This document shows positions 1-13,712 of a stretch of DNA of 64,000 nucleotides, piece after piece. The DNA is from Schmidtea polychroa. Lineage: Eukaryota. The position numbers and the translations under genes were made by a program. The notes under the pieces were generated by a model, which was not told the DNA's origin, made no database searches, and saw only the letters and a list, made by a program, of their open reading frames with translations. Each line of letters starts with the position of its first letter. The stretch's first letter is position 1. The stretch is from the NCBI GenBank assembly GCA_044892525.1, contig CM097885.1, positions 217,372,001-217,436,000 of the forward strand. Direction: 5' to 3'.

Positions 1-433
1 TTTTGTCTTTGTTAAACATACACACGGATTACATGCCCACTTACAGACAAGCACCTTAGTTGTTCCTAGACCAACATTACCGGACAACACAGACTCTATC
101 TTAAAAGATTTTAACAAACATATATTTTATTAAATACATATATATTAAATAATAATAACTAAATGAAAATAATGAATATTTAAACAATTTAACCAATAAT
201 AATCACAATCAAATTGTATCAAACTAAAATATTTTAATAATTTTTTCCTTTATTTTTGAAAAATATAGTTTTATACAATTTTAATGCGATTATTATTGGT
301 TAAATATATTAATATTAACATTTTATTAACAATTTAAATAATATTTTAATATTTTTGTAAAATTTTCATATTTTTAATTAAAACTTACAATAAATTATAA
401 TCTTAATATTTTAAAAGAATCATAATTTTTTAA

Positions 434-730
434 GTTCGCTACCAACACGGACTTTTACTACCACATCCCAACGTCACACATGTGTGACAGATATTTTTTG
501 GCTTATTATCGATTTCTTCTAATTTAATGTGACACGTGGGCCACGGCATGTAGTTTCTATCTATAGCCCAGCGTCACATATTTGTGTCAGTTTAAATGAA
601 TATTTATTTTACGTTATTGGACTGTTCTAAATACACAAACGTAAAATCTATTCCAATTGATTTCGTATAACAAAGAAAAAAATTGGGCTATGGTGGATGT
701 TTTCTCCAGAAGACCTTGGTAGCGAACGAG
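434..730. mobile_element. piggyBac-type MITE (~300 bp), left TIR lacking its first 3 nt
   Basis: TTAA at 430-433 and 731-734. Left end GTTCGCTACCAA (434-445) matches the reverse complement of right end TTGGTAGCGAAC(GAG). No ORF. Confidence 0.6.
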
Positions 731-1484
731 TTAAACCCTCTTATAAGAAGTGGCTAATTTTAAAATATTTAAAAGCTAAATATTTGGAGAAGTTAATGTA
801 ATACAGATTTTAAAATTTTAACTAAAATATTTTATAAAGGCTACTAACTTCAAAATCTCCCATGTTCCAATTTTCCTGTCTTTCCTTATTATTGTTAAGA
901 TGCAATGAACAATAATGAAAATGACCAGCCAGCAAGTAACAAGGTATGATATAAACGCAGGACAGTTGTTATTTGACATCTAAAAATATGAAAATTTTTT
1001 GTAAATTTTACTTTAAATTGTCTAATAATTTTAAAATGTTCATAAATTTTATATTTTGGTGAATTCTAGTTAATTAATCAAATAACGTGATTGGCCGTAT
1101 GTTTTTTGCATTAAAGTTTCGGTAGGAACCAAATTTATCTCTGATTCCGGGTGTTCATTATTCAACACTAAAAAATATTAGATATTCATTTCTACACAAT
1201 TTTGTACAAATTTTTTATCAAATGTTATGGACAAAATATAATATTCTTGATTACAACTAATTTTCCAATATAAAAACTCGACAAATCTTCCAAAAATAAA
1301 TTATTTGACTTATTTTAATCATCACTAAAATCCTTTATTTTTATTCACTTTTGATCTGATTTTTTTTCTTTTAACATGTGAGTTATTATCATTACAACTA
1401 TAATAAGATTAAGTAACAAAATGTGAAAGAAATCTATTAATAAAAAGCAGACAATATGTATATATATATATATATAACACATGC

Positions 1485-2130
1485 AGATGAGACTGAGTAA
1501 TTCTTTTTCGTACTACAATGGAAGACATTCAGCTTCAAAAGTGAAGCCTATTATGGAGGAAAGTTATATAAAGTCAAGCTCCCTATTTTCTTGACTGCAA
1601 ATTCAGATGGCAGTGAGAAGTTGCCGCCGTTGGTAATTAGAAAGGTACAAAACCCATCGTGCTTCAAAATTGTTAGATCATTGTCAACAACGTATATTGC
1701 AAATTAGCGAACGTGGATGACTTCAAAATTTCAAAATTTCAATGTTTCTGTTTTAGAGGCAATGCATTGCACAGTATATGTATGGAATGATTCATTCCGA
1801 ATGAAGTTAGAGAATTGACAATAAAATATTATATAAGTAAAAATGGAATCGACAATATACAAGAAAACATTGAAACTGTTTAGAAAATTGTATAGACAAC
1901 ATTGATGGCTGAGAAAACATTTCTTCGGTGAAGACCCCAACACCTTGCCGACTTGCTTAGACGTTGACTCCAACATAATAACATGACGTAGTGGAAATTG
2001 ATGAAATATTGGACATTCATTTAAACGAAAACTTGACAGGTGATGTATCTTCTAACGAAGACGTTTCTGCCCACCCCAGTTCTTACAAATGATGATTTCA
2101 TGAAGCAATTTTGAAGGTCTCAAATATAAT
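1485..2130 (+). pseudogene. Tigger/pogo (DDE_1) transposase fragment
   Basis: Manual translation from ~1485: DETE*FF..FSFKSEAYYGGKLYKVKLPIFLTANSDGSEKLPPLVIRKVQNPSCFKIVRSLSTTYIAN*RTWMTS. This matches the Tigger core pattern DETGLF..GGK.SK.R..AN.DGSEKL.LVIGK..P.CFK..Y.AN..WMT. Contains stops; right boundary approximate. Confidence 0.8.
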
Positions 2131-4210
2131 TTACTATTATTATTAATATAACACTAGGAACATTTAAAATAATTTATAAAATAAAAAAACTTTACATTTT
2201 CCTTCCGTCTATATTTTTAGTTGGTCCCTCATTTATTTAAAGTCTGGGTTCCGCTGTCAATTAATTCCAATATTAATATAAGAAAACCCTTTTAATTTCT
2301 GGCACAAACTTATGTTCCTATGTGCTTGCGGTTTATGGGTAATTTTTTTCCGCGTCACATGAAATTCAGATCTAAACAGTTGGTTGACCAGACCTGATTT
2401 AGATAATTAGACATTTTTTATAAAAATTGTTTTTTGTGAACAATTTTCCTAAATAACTAATTGCGATTCATTTATTTTCATTCTGACAAAAAATAAAAAT
2501 TTAACTTAATGCAACACAAACTTTTGGCTTTGCCTTTATCAAGTGTTATTTTAATTAAAATGATATTTGATTAAGGTAAAGCGAAAAATTTGTGTTGCAT
2601 AGAATTAAATTTTTGATCTTTTATTTAAATGAAAATAAATGAAATGCCATCAAAAAAAGATAAAAACAAGTCAAAGGTGACCAAAAAAGTAAAAGATTTT
2701 ACAGATAATTATAGACTTGTTATAAATGTTAGGCTCGTTAAATTATCAAATATCATTGAGGTATATTAAAAAAATTAATTTTTAATACGTTGACTTTCAC
2801 GCATGTCTTACTTTAAAAGCCGAAGAAGAATTGTTTTTACATTATAAAAAATATTTTAATCATTGATATATTTATGTTTTCAGTATTCTAAAATTATTGT
2901 TATTCTAGTCATGGATGACTACCACTGTCTCACTGGAAAGGCAAGAGCCGGTCACAGGTGACAGAGGAGACAATCAGCGCGTTAATTATAAATCCAATTA
3001 AAATTAATAACTTACAGTCGAATTATTTAGGTTGCCATTTTTGTAGACCAATTTTACAGATTCAATTGTAACAGTAAAGCTACCGCTCATAAGTAGACAA
3101 CAAAATATTCCAATTGTTATTTGATTCATCAAAGATCCTTTTTTAGAATTGGTGAGTTTCTATATGAAAAAAAAGAATTCTGTTTGATAAAACAAATAAT
3201 TTCTTACCGATTTATCTGATCGAAAAGACACAAAATATGTCGCATTGTTATCAGTTTTGATATTCACATTGAACTGATCGAATGGATCTTTGGAATATTT
3301 CCTATATTCATGCATAGGAAGGAATGTTTTTTGGAAGTGAGGAAATCAATAAAAAGTAATTATTTTATTACCTATTTTTGACTCTTTAAATTATTTGAAA
3401 TAAATCAATTAATTTTGAGAAATATTCGATGTTAATTGGCATTTATAGGAGAAGAGAAATTTCGAATAAATAAGAAATCTCCATTGTTGGTTTATGGGAA
3501 GCGTGTATTTCCATACCAGTGACAGAAGGGAGGATATTCATGCAGGTTTTACTCAAATTTGTTTGTGGATTTTAGGAAAACTGATAAAATTTTATCAAAA
3601 TCACTTTAGCTATGATATTATTATCATTTTGCATGAATTTTCAAAATTTATATCATTCGAAAAAAATTGTTACAAAATGTGAGCAAATGGAGACCTTTTC
3701 TGCATAAGTTGTCAAATCTTTAACCATTCTAGTCAAGTGTACGTCGTATCAAGTTCTACAAGATCTATACAACAGTGCAGCACACCAGGTTTGATAATAT
3801 TCCTTAATTTGAAAAGGATGAAGTTTTTTCCCACATAACGGTGCTACAATAAGCCATTAACTGACGACTGGAAGCTGCGCTCAGATCTTTTACGAGCGCC
3901 AGCTGCGTGTTATTGTCAGAGAAAAAACAAGGTTTAAGATTGCTGGAGCTGGTTGGCATAATACCTATTAATGAGATGAAAAGAAACTCAAGAATAATTT
4001 CGTTAATTGTCTGATATTGGTGAAAATCTAAGTTAACAACTTGTTGATTATTTAGAAGATTCTTGACTCGGCACTCCTTGGGAAATTACCAGGTTTGCTG
4101 ATGATAACTTTAACTAGACGAGGATCTGAGATATCAATAACCTTGATATTTACCATCTGAGTGATAATAATGTCCTGATTAATACGCAACGGACTTTTAG
4201 GAAATGAAAA

Positions 4211-4930
4211 ATGGTAGATCCCACAATCTTTCCCTTTTTTCTCAACGATTTATCAGTATCATTGGAGGACCCCAAAAGGGCCCTTAAAGTTGATAACTGC
4301 GACACTACTAGTGATAATCGCGCTCCTAATAATCTCGATGCTAATAATAATACTAGGAGTACTAATGGCAACAATGATGATCATATTGAAATCAAGGGAA
4401 ATAATTATAATATTGATGCGAAGAAAAATCCTAATATTAATCATCCTGATGATTTTACTGTTCATAGAATTTGTGACCCTCATAATTGTGAAACTTATTG
4501 TGAATCATATTAAGGCGAGGGATCATTCTTATTGGTGACGGGGTAGTAGAGACAATGACTATAATGTCACGGCCACATTATTGTTACTCACAACGGAACA
4601 CGATCTATTTGCTGGTGATCGTGCTACTGATTGCCCTAACACTCAATGGGTATATAGTAGTAGTTGACGATAACAATCTTAGTTAGGGTGTTGGACAATG
4701 TAATTATACTTATAACTCTTATTAAGGAAAGTAGAAATTTTATAATGTATAAAATGCTTTCTAAGTAATTCTAACGATGGAAATCAATATTTGGTTAATG
4801 ATTACGGTGTTATGAATGATAATTGTGGGTAGTAGCTATTGATGTTACTATCGGTACTCATGTGGCGAAATGCCAAACTATTACAGTTTACAACTACCAC
4901 TAACGACATCGATGATTAGATAATTACCGA
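4211..4930. repeat. Degenerate AAT/GAT/ACT trinucleotide-derived low-complexity region
   Basis: Four overlapping ORFs on both strands that are N/D-rich or I/L-rich, typical of decayed (AAT)n sequence. Confidence 0.6.
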
Positions 4931-6694
4931 AGCATGATATACGAAGCAATCAGGATCGAGCATGTGTGTTTCAGATCGATTTTATTTTTTGTTTTATGAT
5001 CTGAAATTCTTTCTTATCTTATGAATAATTTAGTACTTTTGTATGCCTTTTTTAGCAATTTTTGTTATTTTTATGCTTTTAAAATATGTTTCTTGTGCAA
5101 CTGCGCGCAGTTGATAATTTTAGTATTTTAGTTTTATTCTTAATTTTGTTTTATTTGGTGTTTTTCGGTTAAAGTTAAGTATCTTATTGCTTTTTATCTG
5201 CAATGTAGGTTATCTTAGTCACCCTACTACTCGTCAGATTAAAACTGAAAATGTTAAAAGTGTTGGGTTTTAGCTAATTTAAGTCGGTAACTTCTGACTC
5301 CTCGTGTCCTTTTAATAAAAACAATAAATTACCCAACGTATATTTAAATCACAAAAATATATTTCTATCGACAATCAATTACCAAAGCTTTACAAGTTTG
5401 ACCGATTCTCCGCTCGGAGTTGATGCTTTGACAAAAGATAATATTCACCTTTTTATTTCTTCAGTTTCTTTCGACTAACGTTTCCTTTTGCTATTTGATT
5501 TGATTCCTTTTCACTTTTTCGTATCTCCTATTCTATATTTTCTTTTTCCCTAATCTCCTTAATTCGTTTTTAACGTTCGCCTATTCTCGTTTCTTCTTAC
5601 CCTAACTGAGTCAGAATGCCGATTATTTTGAATCTCGACTTTGCTTTTATACTGGAATAATCACTTTGATTAATCGGTTTTTGACCTCATTGTTCTTATC
5701 TGACAATGGTTTGACAACCGGCTTCTTGAACGTTGTTTGCACCATATCATGATTAATTGGCTCCCTTTGCTATTCCTTCGTAATAGTCCTAACTTTGTTT
5801 GTCTCCATTAATCATGCTGTCATGATAATGGTCTTCCGAGATTCTCATTTTGTTTACTTTTCATGTTAATCAATCTCGGGTTTCCTTCATCTCTCAGGTT
5901 CTCCATTGGATCGGGTTTCCTATTAGCTCGGGTTTTCTATTAGCCAATTAATTAATTAATTAACGATTTTCTGTTTCAGCACATTCGAACGCTTTTTGAC
6001 CCTCTGAAAAATCCCTAATCATCATCTTGTTGACCATCAGTTACTCTATACCTGTCCTGTTTTCCCAATTCAATTTCGATAACTTTACCATTTATTGATT
6101 TTTCTCGGATTTTCGGATTCTTGCCTTTCGCAACTGCTTTTGCCATTTCCTAATACTACTTCCATCATACTTTCCTTTACTATCAATCCTGTGCATGATC
6201 ATGCTTTTATTTGTCTTTCTCCTTCCTTTACTTTTTATTTAAATTTTCACCCTAAATTTATTTTAATTTGCTGACCTCAACAAAAGAAAGACAAAAATTT
6301 ATGTCTAGCCCAACATTACGTCGCCATTTTGAATTTTTTTTATTAAAGTGATTATTATTAATATTATTATCATTACTATTATTATTACTATTNNNNNNNN
6401 NNNNNNNNNNNNNNNNNNNNNNNNNNNNNNNNNNNNNNNNNNNNNNNNNNNNNNNNNNNNNNNNNNNNNNNNNNNNNNNNNNNNNNNNNNNNNNNNNNNN
6501 NNNNNNNNNNNNNNNNNNNNNNNNNNNNNNNNAATACAAATGAGACAAGATTAATTTATTCGATATATATATATAACGAACAGAGCGGGGTCAAAGTGTC
6601 TGGTTTAATCATAGTTTTCTTTGTATCATCAAAATACCTACACCATCATTATGTCAAGCATTATGTCATTTAAACTGTGTAATATCCGTTAGAT

Positions 6695-7339
6695 CAGTGG
6701 TTCCTAACCTTTATAATACTGCTATCCCTATAACCTGTTAGGAAATCAAATTTTACTCTAATTTTAAAATGTTATAGAAACACTCAATGCAAGCGAATTC
6801 TAATGTTTATTAATTACAAAGTTGTCATTGCCCAGCAGTTAGGCAGAAAACTGGATACATTGTGGCTACATAAAACCACAACAATATTACGAAATTTTAA
6901 CTATAAATTAATAATAATAATTAGTGTGAGGTTTGAAATTGTTTTGAGTTTACAAGTTTTTTCATGTTAGGTTTAGTGTCACTGAAAGCACATCTCATTT
7001 CATGTTCCACATTGAGACGGTTTCTGGTCTTTGTTTTCAATGAAACTAAAGTTCAAAAACCACTCTCGCATCTGAGTGTGGTGGCAAAAGGTACTATCAT
7101 TTTTAAAGCTCTGTTAGCTATAACAGGATATTCGGCACCTGCTTTAATCCAAAATCTGCTGAGATCATACATTTGATCTCAGTTCGGACAGGTTTATACA
7201 TGTCGAGTATTTGTTTCGAGCGCGGAGGATTCCGCATGCGTGATGCGCCATAACTCAGGATTCAGCCTTCGGTTAACAAATTGTTCTTTGTTTCTCTGTT
7301 ACCCCCGGGGGGTAATTACCCCTAGGTTCGGAACCCCTG
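6695..7339 (-). mobile_element. Non-autonomous Buster-type hAT (645 bp) retaining only the transposase C-terminal dimerisation segment
   Basis: TIRs CAGTGGTTCCTAACC / CAGGGGTTCCGAACC (13/15). Perfect 8-bp TSD CGTTAGAT (6687-6694, 7340-7347). Minus strand reads FWIKAGAEYPVIANRALKMIVPFATTLRCESGF*TLVSLKTKTRNRLNVEHEMRCAFSDTKPNM. Confidence 0.92.
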
Positions 7340-10300
7340 CGTTAGATGAACATTGAATACTGATATCGCAAGAATATATGAAGAACATGAGGATTGTTAC
7401 TGATTCGATTAATCATCTGATATAGAGGTGAAGCGATTCAATGTTCAACAAACGGCCGAGTTGATGATTGTAATATTGACATTTAAAATGATATATCTCC
7501 GGATTGAACAGATTTTTGACAAATTGATGAAATTACAGTTTGCATAGATTTTGAAATAAGTGGCAATGAAAAAATAAATATTTAAATAAATTTTTTGTAT
7601 ATTATATCGACAATGCTTTTAAAATTTTTAATTTAATAAAATAAAAAAAACAAAAAATAAAATTAAGTGTACATGCTTGGTTAACTAAAATATTTCTAAT
7701 ACTAAATATAATAATGCCTGTTTTGGAATTGTCATGGAATATTTGATTTCACTATCCCCTATATCAGCGGTTCTCAACCTTTCCCTTAGTTGTACCCCCA
7801 AGTGAAAAAGTATTTTTTGTGCGTACCTCTACCTAGAACAACATTTATAAATATTTATAAATGCACTAATAACATATAATTATATGCGTAATGAACAGTA
7901 CTAGTTGTAAACAAGCGAAAATTTAATCAATGCGAACATTGGGCTTGTTTTGAGCTGCATAATTTTGCAATGTCAGGCTTTAATTTTGTCAGTTTTGGAC
8001 GTAAATCTGGCTCAAGTTCAACTTTCGATCTGTATTTATTTTTAATTGACAACATTGCAGAAAATCCAGTTTCACAGAGATATGATGTACTGAAAGGAAT
8101 TAAAACTTTCAAAGCTCTGTCCGAAATTAATCCATATTCTCCTCTTCTTTTTAACCAGAAATCATTCAAGAAATCCTTGCTAAATTCACTTTTCAGTCCA
8201 TCATCACATGAAAGGTCGATGACCTGATCTCTTTCTTAGGTAGAAAGGTCAACTGGCAATTCAGCTTCAGCAAATGGATTTCGTATCCAACTTTTATCAA
8301 ACAAATTTTCTGGAAAGTAGGACCCGAAATTCAAAATCAATTGCAAACAATGATTTTCAATTTCTTCAACCAAGTCTGGATGCAGTGGAAGATCATTCTC
8401 TGTCAAAAATATTGACATGCCGCTATTTTAAAATATTCAACATCGGAATTCATAAGCGTAAGCTTCTTAATCATTGCATTTACTTTGTCAGCAACCACAA
8501 ATGGAGTTATATTTCGGCCTTGCAAACTCAAATTTAACTTATTCAGTTTACAAAAGATGTCAGCTAAATAGGCCAATCTCATTAGCCACAACTCATTCAA
8601 AAATAAGTCGCGTCTTTCATAGTTACTATCCATCAAAAACATTTGAGCTTCTTCACGAAGTTCAATGAGTCGATTTAACACTTTTCCTCGTTACAACAAT
8701 CCTACCTCTGTGTGCAAAAGAAATTTCTTGTGATCACTCCAAATTTCATTACACAATATTGAAAACATTCGAGAGTTGAGAGCCCGAGCTTTTCTGAAAT
8801 TAACTACTTTAACTGATTCGTTCAGAATGTGTTTTAAACTAGCAGGCATCGCTTTGGTAGCAAGAGTTTTACGATGGATACTGCAATGGGTAAACTTAAC
8901 TTCTGGTGCAACTTGTTGAATTTTGGTTACCACTCCTCCATGTTTGCCAGTAATTGCAGCTGCCCCATCAGAGCAAATTCCAACACAATTTAGCCAATTT
9001 ATTTCATTTACGGTCATGAAATCATCAATTTTTTTAAATATTTCTGTAGCAGATTTCCGACCAGGTAATGGCTCACAAAACAGAAATTCTTCTTCAACCG
9101 ACTGTTCAAATTCATACCTAACATACACCATCAGCTGTGAAAAGTTTGTAACATCTGTCCTCTCATCTAACTGAATCGCAAAGATTTGCTCTGCTGCATT
9201 TTTTGAGAATCGATTTAACTTGTGCTGCTAATTCTTCGAGAAACAGTACTATCTGACAAAGGAACGATATCCAGTTTCTTGGCAGCATTTGGTCCTAGTA
9301 CAGATGACATAATATCTTTTGCTTCAGGCAAAATCAGACTCTCCCCTATTGTATGCGGTTTTCCAATTTGAGCAATTCTCAGACTGACCAAATATCATGC
9401 CTCCAAGCTTTTCGAATTAGCTGATGTGAACAGCTTCAGTGTATTCCTACCGTTTTTTAATTCATTTTCTTTTCTTTTAAAAAATTCGAGTGGTTTATCC
9501 TTGAACATTTCATGCTTTGTGTTGGGCTAGAACTGATTTCTAGACCCAAACTTCTAATTATGACCGAAATGTGTAGGTACACAGCAAGTAAAAAAGCACA
9601 AAGTATAGTTAAATATTAAAATTACATCAAATAAACAATAGTAATTAAAGGAAAAACAACAAAAACCTAAAACACAGAAATTAAATAAAATTATACAAAA
9701 GCAAGAAGTGATGCAAAAATAGAACTCAAAAACAACCAAATAAACACAGATAAGCATAAAACAGACTCGAACAACTTAAAAGACGATAAAAACCGAAAAA
9801 ATTCCAGAAAAACCCAGAACATTCCATTAAAATGGCGATGACCATCACAAAAGCCAGCTAGAACAATAAAAGTTAGAGAAAATAAATAAATTAGTATTAA
9901 AAATAATAAATCTTAAAAAGAAATTCACAAAACATCAGTTTAAATGAAAATTGTATTAAAAATAAAATAGAATGTTCTGGAACCGTTCCAAATCCATCAC
10001 GAAAAATAATTAAAAAATAAAAATATAAAAATAAAAACAAAAATTATGGCACAAAAATTGCCATTAAAAATAGCAAAATCGTAAAATAGAAAATTCTGGA
10101 ATAAAAAGAATTCGAGTTTGTTTTAATGCATCAATACATACACGTGTACAAAATAGGTATATATACCGACACGTTTCGGGCATAATTTAGTCATTTATGC
10201 CAAAAATTTTTGTTGACCAAATTTTGAAGGAAGTAGGTATTTTTTTTTGATTGCATTGTTTTTATGTTAACCATGTATGTAATTATTTTAATGAACACCA

Positions 10301-11084
10301 TTCTATAATTAAATTATTCTTACTAAATTCGTTGTTATTTAGATAAATATGACTGATCAGCGGCGTCACTGTGCGTCGCTATTACGTCCTGCATTCGGGA
10401 ATATCGAATAAAAATTTTTTATGCAATCTACCAACATGCATTATTCGTACTATATTGATCGATACTATACGACTTTTTTTTGTTCGGGTCTTTCGGAGGT
10501 CGAACTATTTCATGGTCCTGCCATGGAGTTAGGTCGAGGAAAACCTCCGTCTGACTCTTTGTATTTATGTAAGGTCGACCGTAAATGGTTGACTCAACAC
10601 TCAACACTAAGGTTTGTGGAAGTGGTCACAGTGGGGCCATGGAAGCAATATTCTTCCCGACTTTGTACGTAATACAAATTTAAAATCAACATTAAAAATC
10701 AATGTCAAATATCTCTACAATAAGGTCTTAATCTGAGTAGAACTCATACCTAACCTTACACAATTCTGCAATCACCTTAATGAAGTCGGTTGATCAATAA
10801 TAGCCATTCCAGTTGTACTCAGACATATGCCGAATCCGATTTTGGTAATTGAAATTTGTAGTAACTCAAGTAATAGAAATGATAAAGTGTCCGGCATATG
10901 TGTGGGTATAACCTCATCTAGTTGGGACTTCGAGATTAATTACTATGCGAATAAATTCAATCTACCTATAGATATTACAAATCTAACCGATTAAATTACA
11001 GATCTATTAATTCAAGCGCCCATCTTAAATATTTATAAAGATGTTGATCAGAAAGGGTACTCATAAAGAAGTATACGAGTCGAC

Positions 11085-11760
11085 TATAAAATTATAAACC
11101 CTGAATTATGAAATGACGAGTGGTGAAGTAATAAAATGATAAATTGTAGAACCTAGAATTACTATTTATAAAGCATAAAATTACGGATTATAAAATATAA
11201 ATTTATAGATTACAAACTACGAAATTGTAAATAGAAAACGTAAAATTTCAAAGTACAAATTCGTAAATTGAAAAACATAAAACTATAAAAGATAAAATTA
11301 GAAATTATAGAATATAAACTTATAAATTGAAAAAAAAAATTAAAAACTATAAATCATAAAATGTAAAATTGGCAATTATAAAATATAAATTTATAAACTA
11401 CAAAATATAAAATTATAAATAGTAAAGCAAAATTATAAATTATAAAATATAAAGTTATAAATTATAATTAGTTATATATAAAATATTTAGGAATATAAAT
11501 TATAAATAATTATAAGTTCTAACTATAAGAGCAGGGAATACGAATAATTTGAGGTAAAGTCGTATTATAAAATATAATTTGTACCTAGGTATAACTACAA
11601 AGTATAAATGTAGAAATGAATTATAATTAGCTATAACCAAAATTTGACCATGAAGATATAAAGTACAAGTAGCTACCATAGCTTACATCGAAGCATTCGA
11701 CGTTAAAATTAGAAATGTAAATTAGTTTTGTTAAAATTATAAAGTATGAATTGAAAGTGA
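11085..11760. repeat. Degenerate AT-rich tandem array (AAATTATAAA-like units)
   Basis: Many imperfect ATTATAAA/AAATATAAA copies in succession. Confidence 0.65.
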
Positions 11761-11789
11761 TTATATTTCCAGTTATCATTCTAAATCGT

Positions 11790-11827
11790 CACCATTATTA
11801 TTATTAGTATCAGTATCATCTTTATTC

Positions 11828-11915
<88 letters not shown>

Positions 11916-12017
11916 CACTATCAATATTATAATTGATATTATCCTTATTATCATTATGATTATTATTATTATTATTAGTATTATCATTATTACCATTAAT
12001 GTTATCATTAAGATTAC

Positions 12018-12090
<73 letters not shown>

Positions 12091-12118
12091 TATTATTATT
12101 ATCATCATTACTACCATT
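11790..12118. repeat. (ATT)n microsatellite tracts
   Basis: Long perfect ATT runs at ~11828-11913 and ~12018-12100, ending at an assembly gap. Confidence 0.97.
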
Positions 12119-13346
12119 NNNNNNNNNNNNNNNNNNNNNNNNNNNNNNNNNNNNNNNNNNNNNNNNNNNNNNNNNNNNNNNNNNNNNNNNNNNNNNNNNN
12201 NNNNNNNNNNNNNNNNNNNNNNNNNNNNNNNNNNNNNNNNNNNNNNNNNNNNNNNNNATACTATCATTGTCCCTATTCATAAGTTGTAGTTCACAAAAAT
12301 GAAAATCTAAATCAAATATTGATTTAGGATTTCCTCCCGGAGCTAAATTTGGAATCAACCTTTTTGAACTAATAGGAATGACTGAAATACTAGAAGGTTA
12401 TTTTTAGCAACACCCCTCCCCCTAGAAAATGTTAACACCATCTAGGTTAGCTGAGAATATGGGTGGGAGTACCTGATCCAACATATAAACTACCCCCTTT
12501 AAATCCTGAATGAATGGCAAATATATAACTTCGTTTATTAGAAGATTAAATTACTATTAATAAAAACATAAGATTTTTCTTTTATTATGAACAACAAATC
12601 ATATTACCAAGCCACTAAGAATCAAAAATTATGAATCGTAGGATGATCTCCCAAAACTAGGCTCATCCATTTCCAACCAGGAAAAGTTATCATCCAACAT
12701 TCCTGGGAATCAAAATTTACGGTAAATAAATGAATTACCTCAAATGCATGAAAGTCGACTGTACCACTCATGACGAACACAACCAAGGGAGAGGTAAGCA
12801 AACGAGAAACTAAGCTCGTCGCTAATACCCATCACCCCGGCGTGCCCGAATTCAGTAGTAATTCGATAATTTCCAGAAAATGGCAAAGAATTGACATAAG
12901 AATTTTTAAATTACCAACTAGTGGTAAATAACTTTTGGTGAATAAAATAATGATTTAAAACAAAGTGACTTTTGGGGAATTATCGATCGGGGCATAAACT
13001 TTCTAGTATTAATACTCAACATTGAAAAAAATTTTTCTTTCATTTGATTAATTAAAAGGATGATAAAATTTTTCTTCCAATTAGTTAGTTAACAGGATAC
13101 CCAATAAATTAAATCGGAAGTTTCCCGTTAAATGTATGTATATTAATTATGATAGCTTTGATGATTAATTATTAAATGTATAGGCATTGATTGGGATAAC
13201 CTTGGTGATTAATTGTTGAATATATATACATATTAATAACTTTGGTGATTAATGCACTATTTGTGTAAAATGTTGTATATTTTATCGTACTTTAAATTTA
13301 TAAGTCACACGGGCTGCACACGGGTCTTAATATTTATATTACAGGC

Positions 13347-13712
13347 ATGTCGCAATCTAGCTCTAGCAGTGACGAGGGTACTGACCAGCAGACGATCACC
13401 CGTCTCCGGACCCGGTACATCTGGTACCATATACATCGGTGGGGTCAGGGAAGGGACCTGGATTGCGCAGCTTGAGTAATCCGGACGGGTCCCGAAGCGG
13501 ATGCCCCGGCATGGGTGAAGGTGGAGCCGGAGAATAACCGGTTGCAAGAGGCTCGAGATCAAGCGGCCTGGGACGTGGAAGCCGCACAGATTCGACTAAA
13601 GAAAATAGAGGCCCAAATCCGGGCCAAGCGAGAAGGAGTGTCCCTGGAGAAACTCGAAGAAGCCGAAGCAACTCCCCGAAAGAGAGGGAGGCCCCGCAAA
13701 CATCAGTCGTGA
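13347..13712 (+). CDS. Unknown small protein (121 codons, one in-frame TGA at 13473) with a short coiled coil and a C-terminal AT-hook
   Basis: MSQSSSSSDEGTDQQ..DCAA*VIRTG..LQEARDQAAWDVEAAQIRLKKIEAQIRAK..TPRKRGRPRKHQS. The GRP AT-hook core is flanked by K/R. Acceptor-like TTTATATTACAG lies 2 nt before the ATG. Visibly GC-richer than the flanks. Confidence 0.5.

Noticed and set aside
900-3153. Possible + strand exons (900-943; 2884-3153 with ~37-41 bp intron-like segments)
   Set aside because: Plausible splice sites, but every chain I tried hit stops or gave no recognisable protein.
3180-4150. Possible decayed non-LTR retrotransposon ORF
   Set aside because: Only vague resemblance (KYVALLSV; ALRSFTSAS..LVGIIPI); no diagnostic RT motif.
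4150-4538. Four overlapping ORFs as genes
   Set aside because: Explained by decayed AAT-type low complexity.
5400-6240. Purine-skewed K/E/R-rich minus-strand frame
   Set aside because: Many stops and no motif; cannot be classified.
11776-12358. Poly-N/I/L ORFs and other ORFs spanning N runs (also 6258-6554, 32660-32956, 44355-44555)
   Set aside because: Microsatellite and assembly-gap artefacts.
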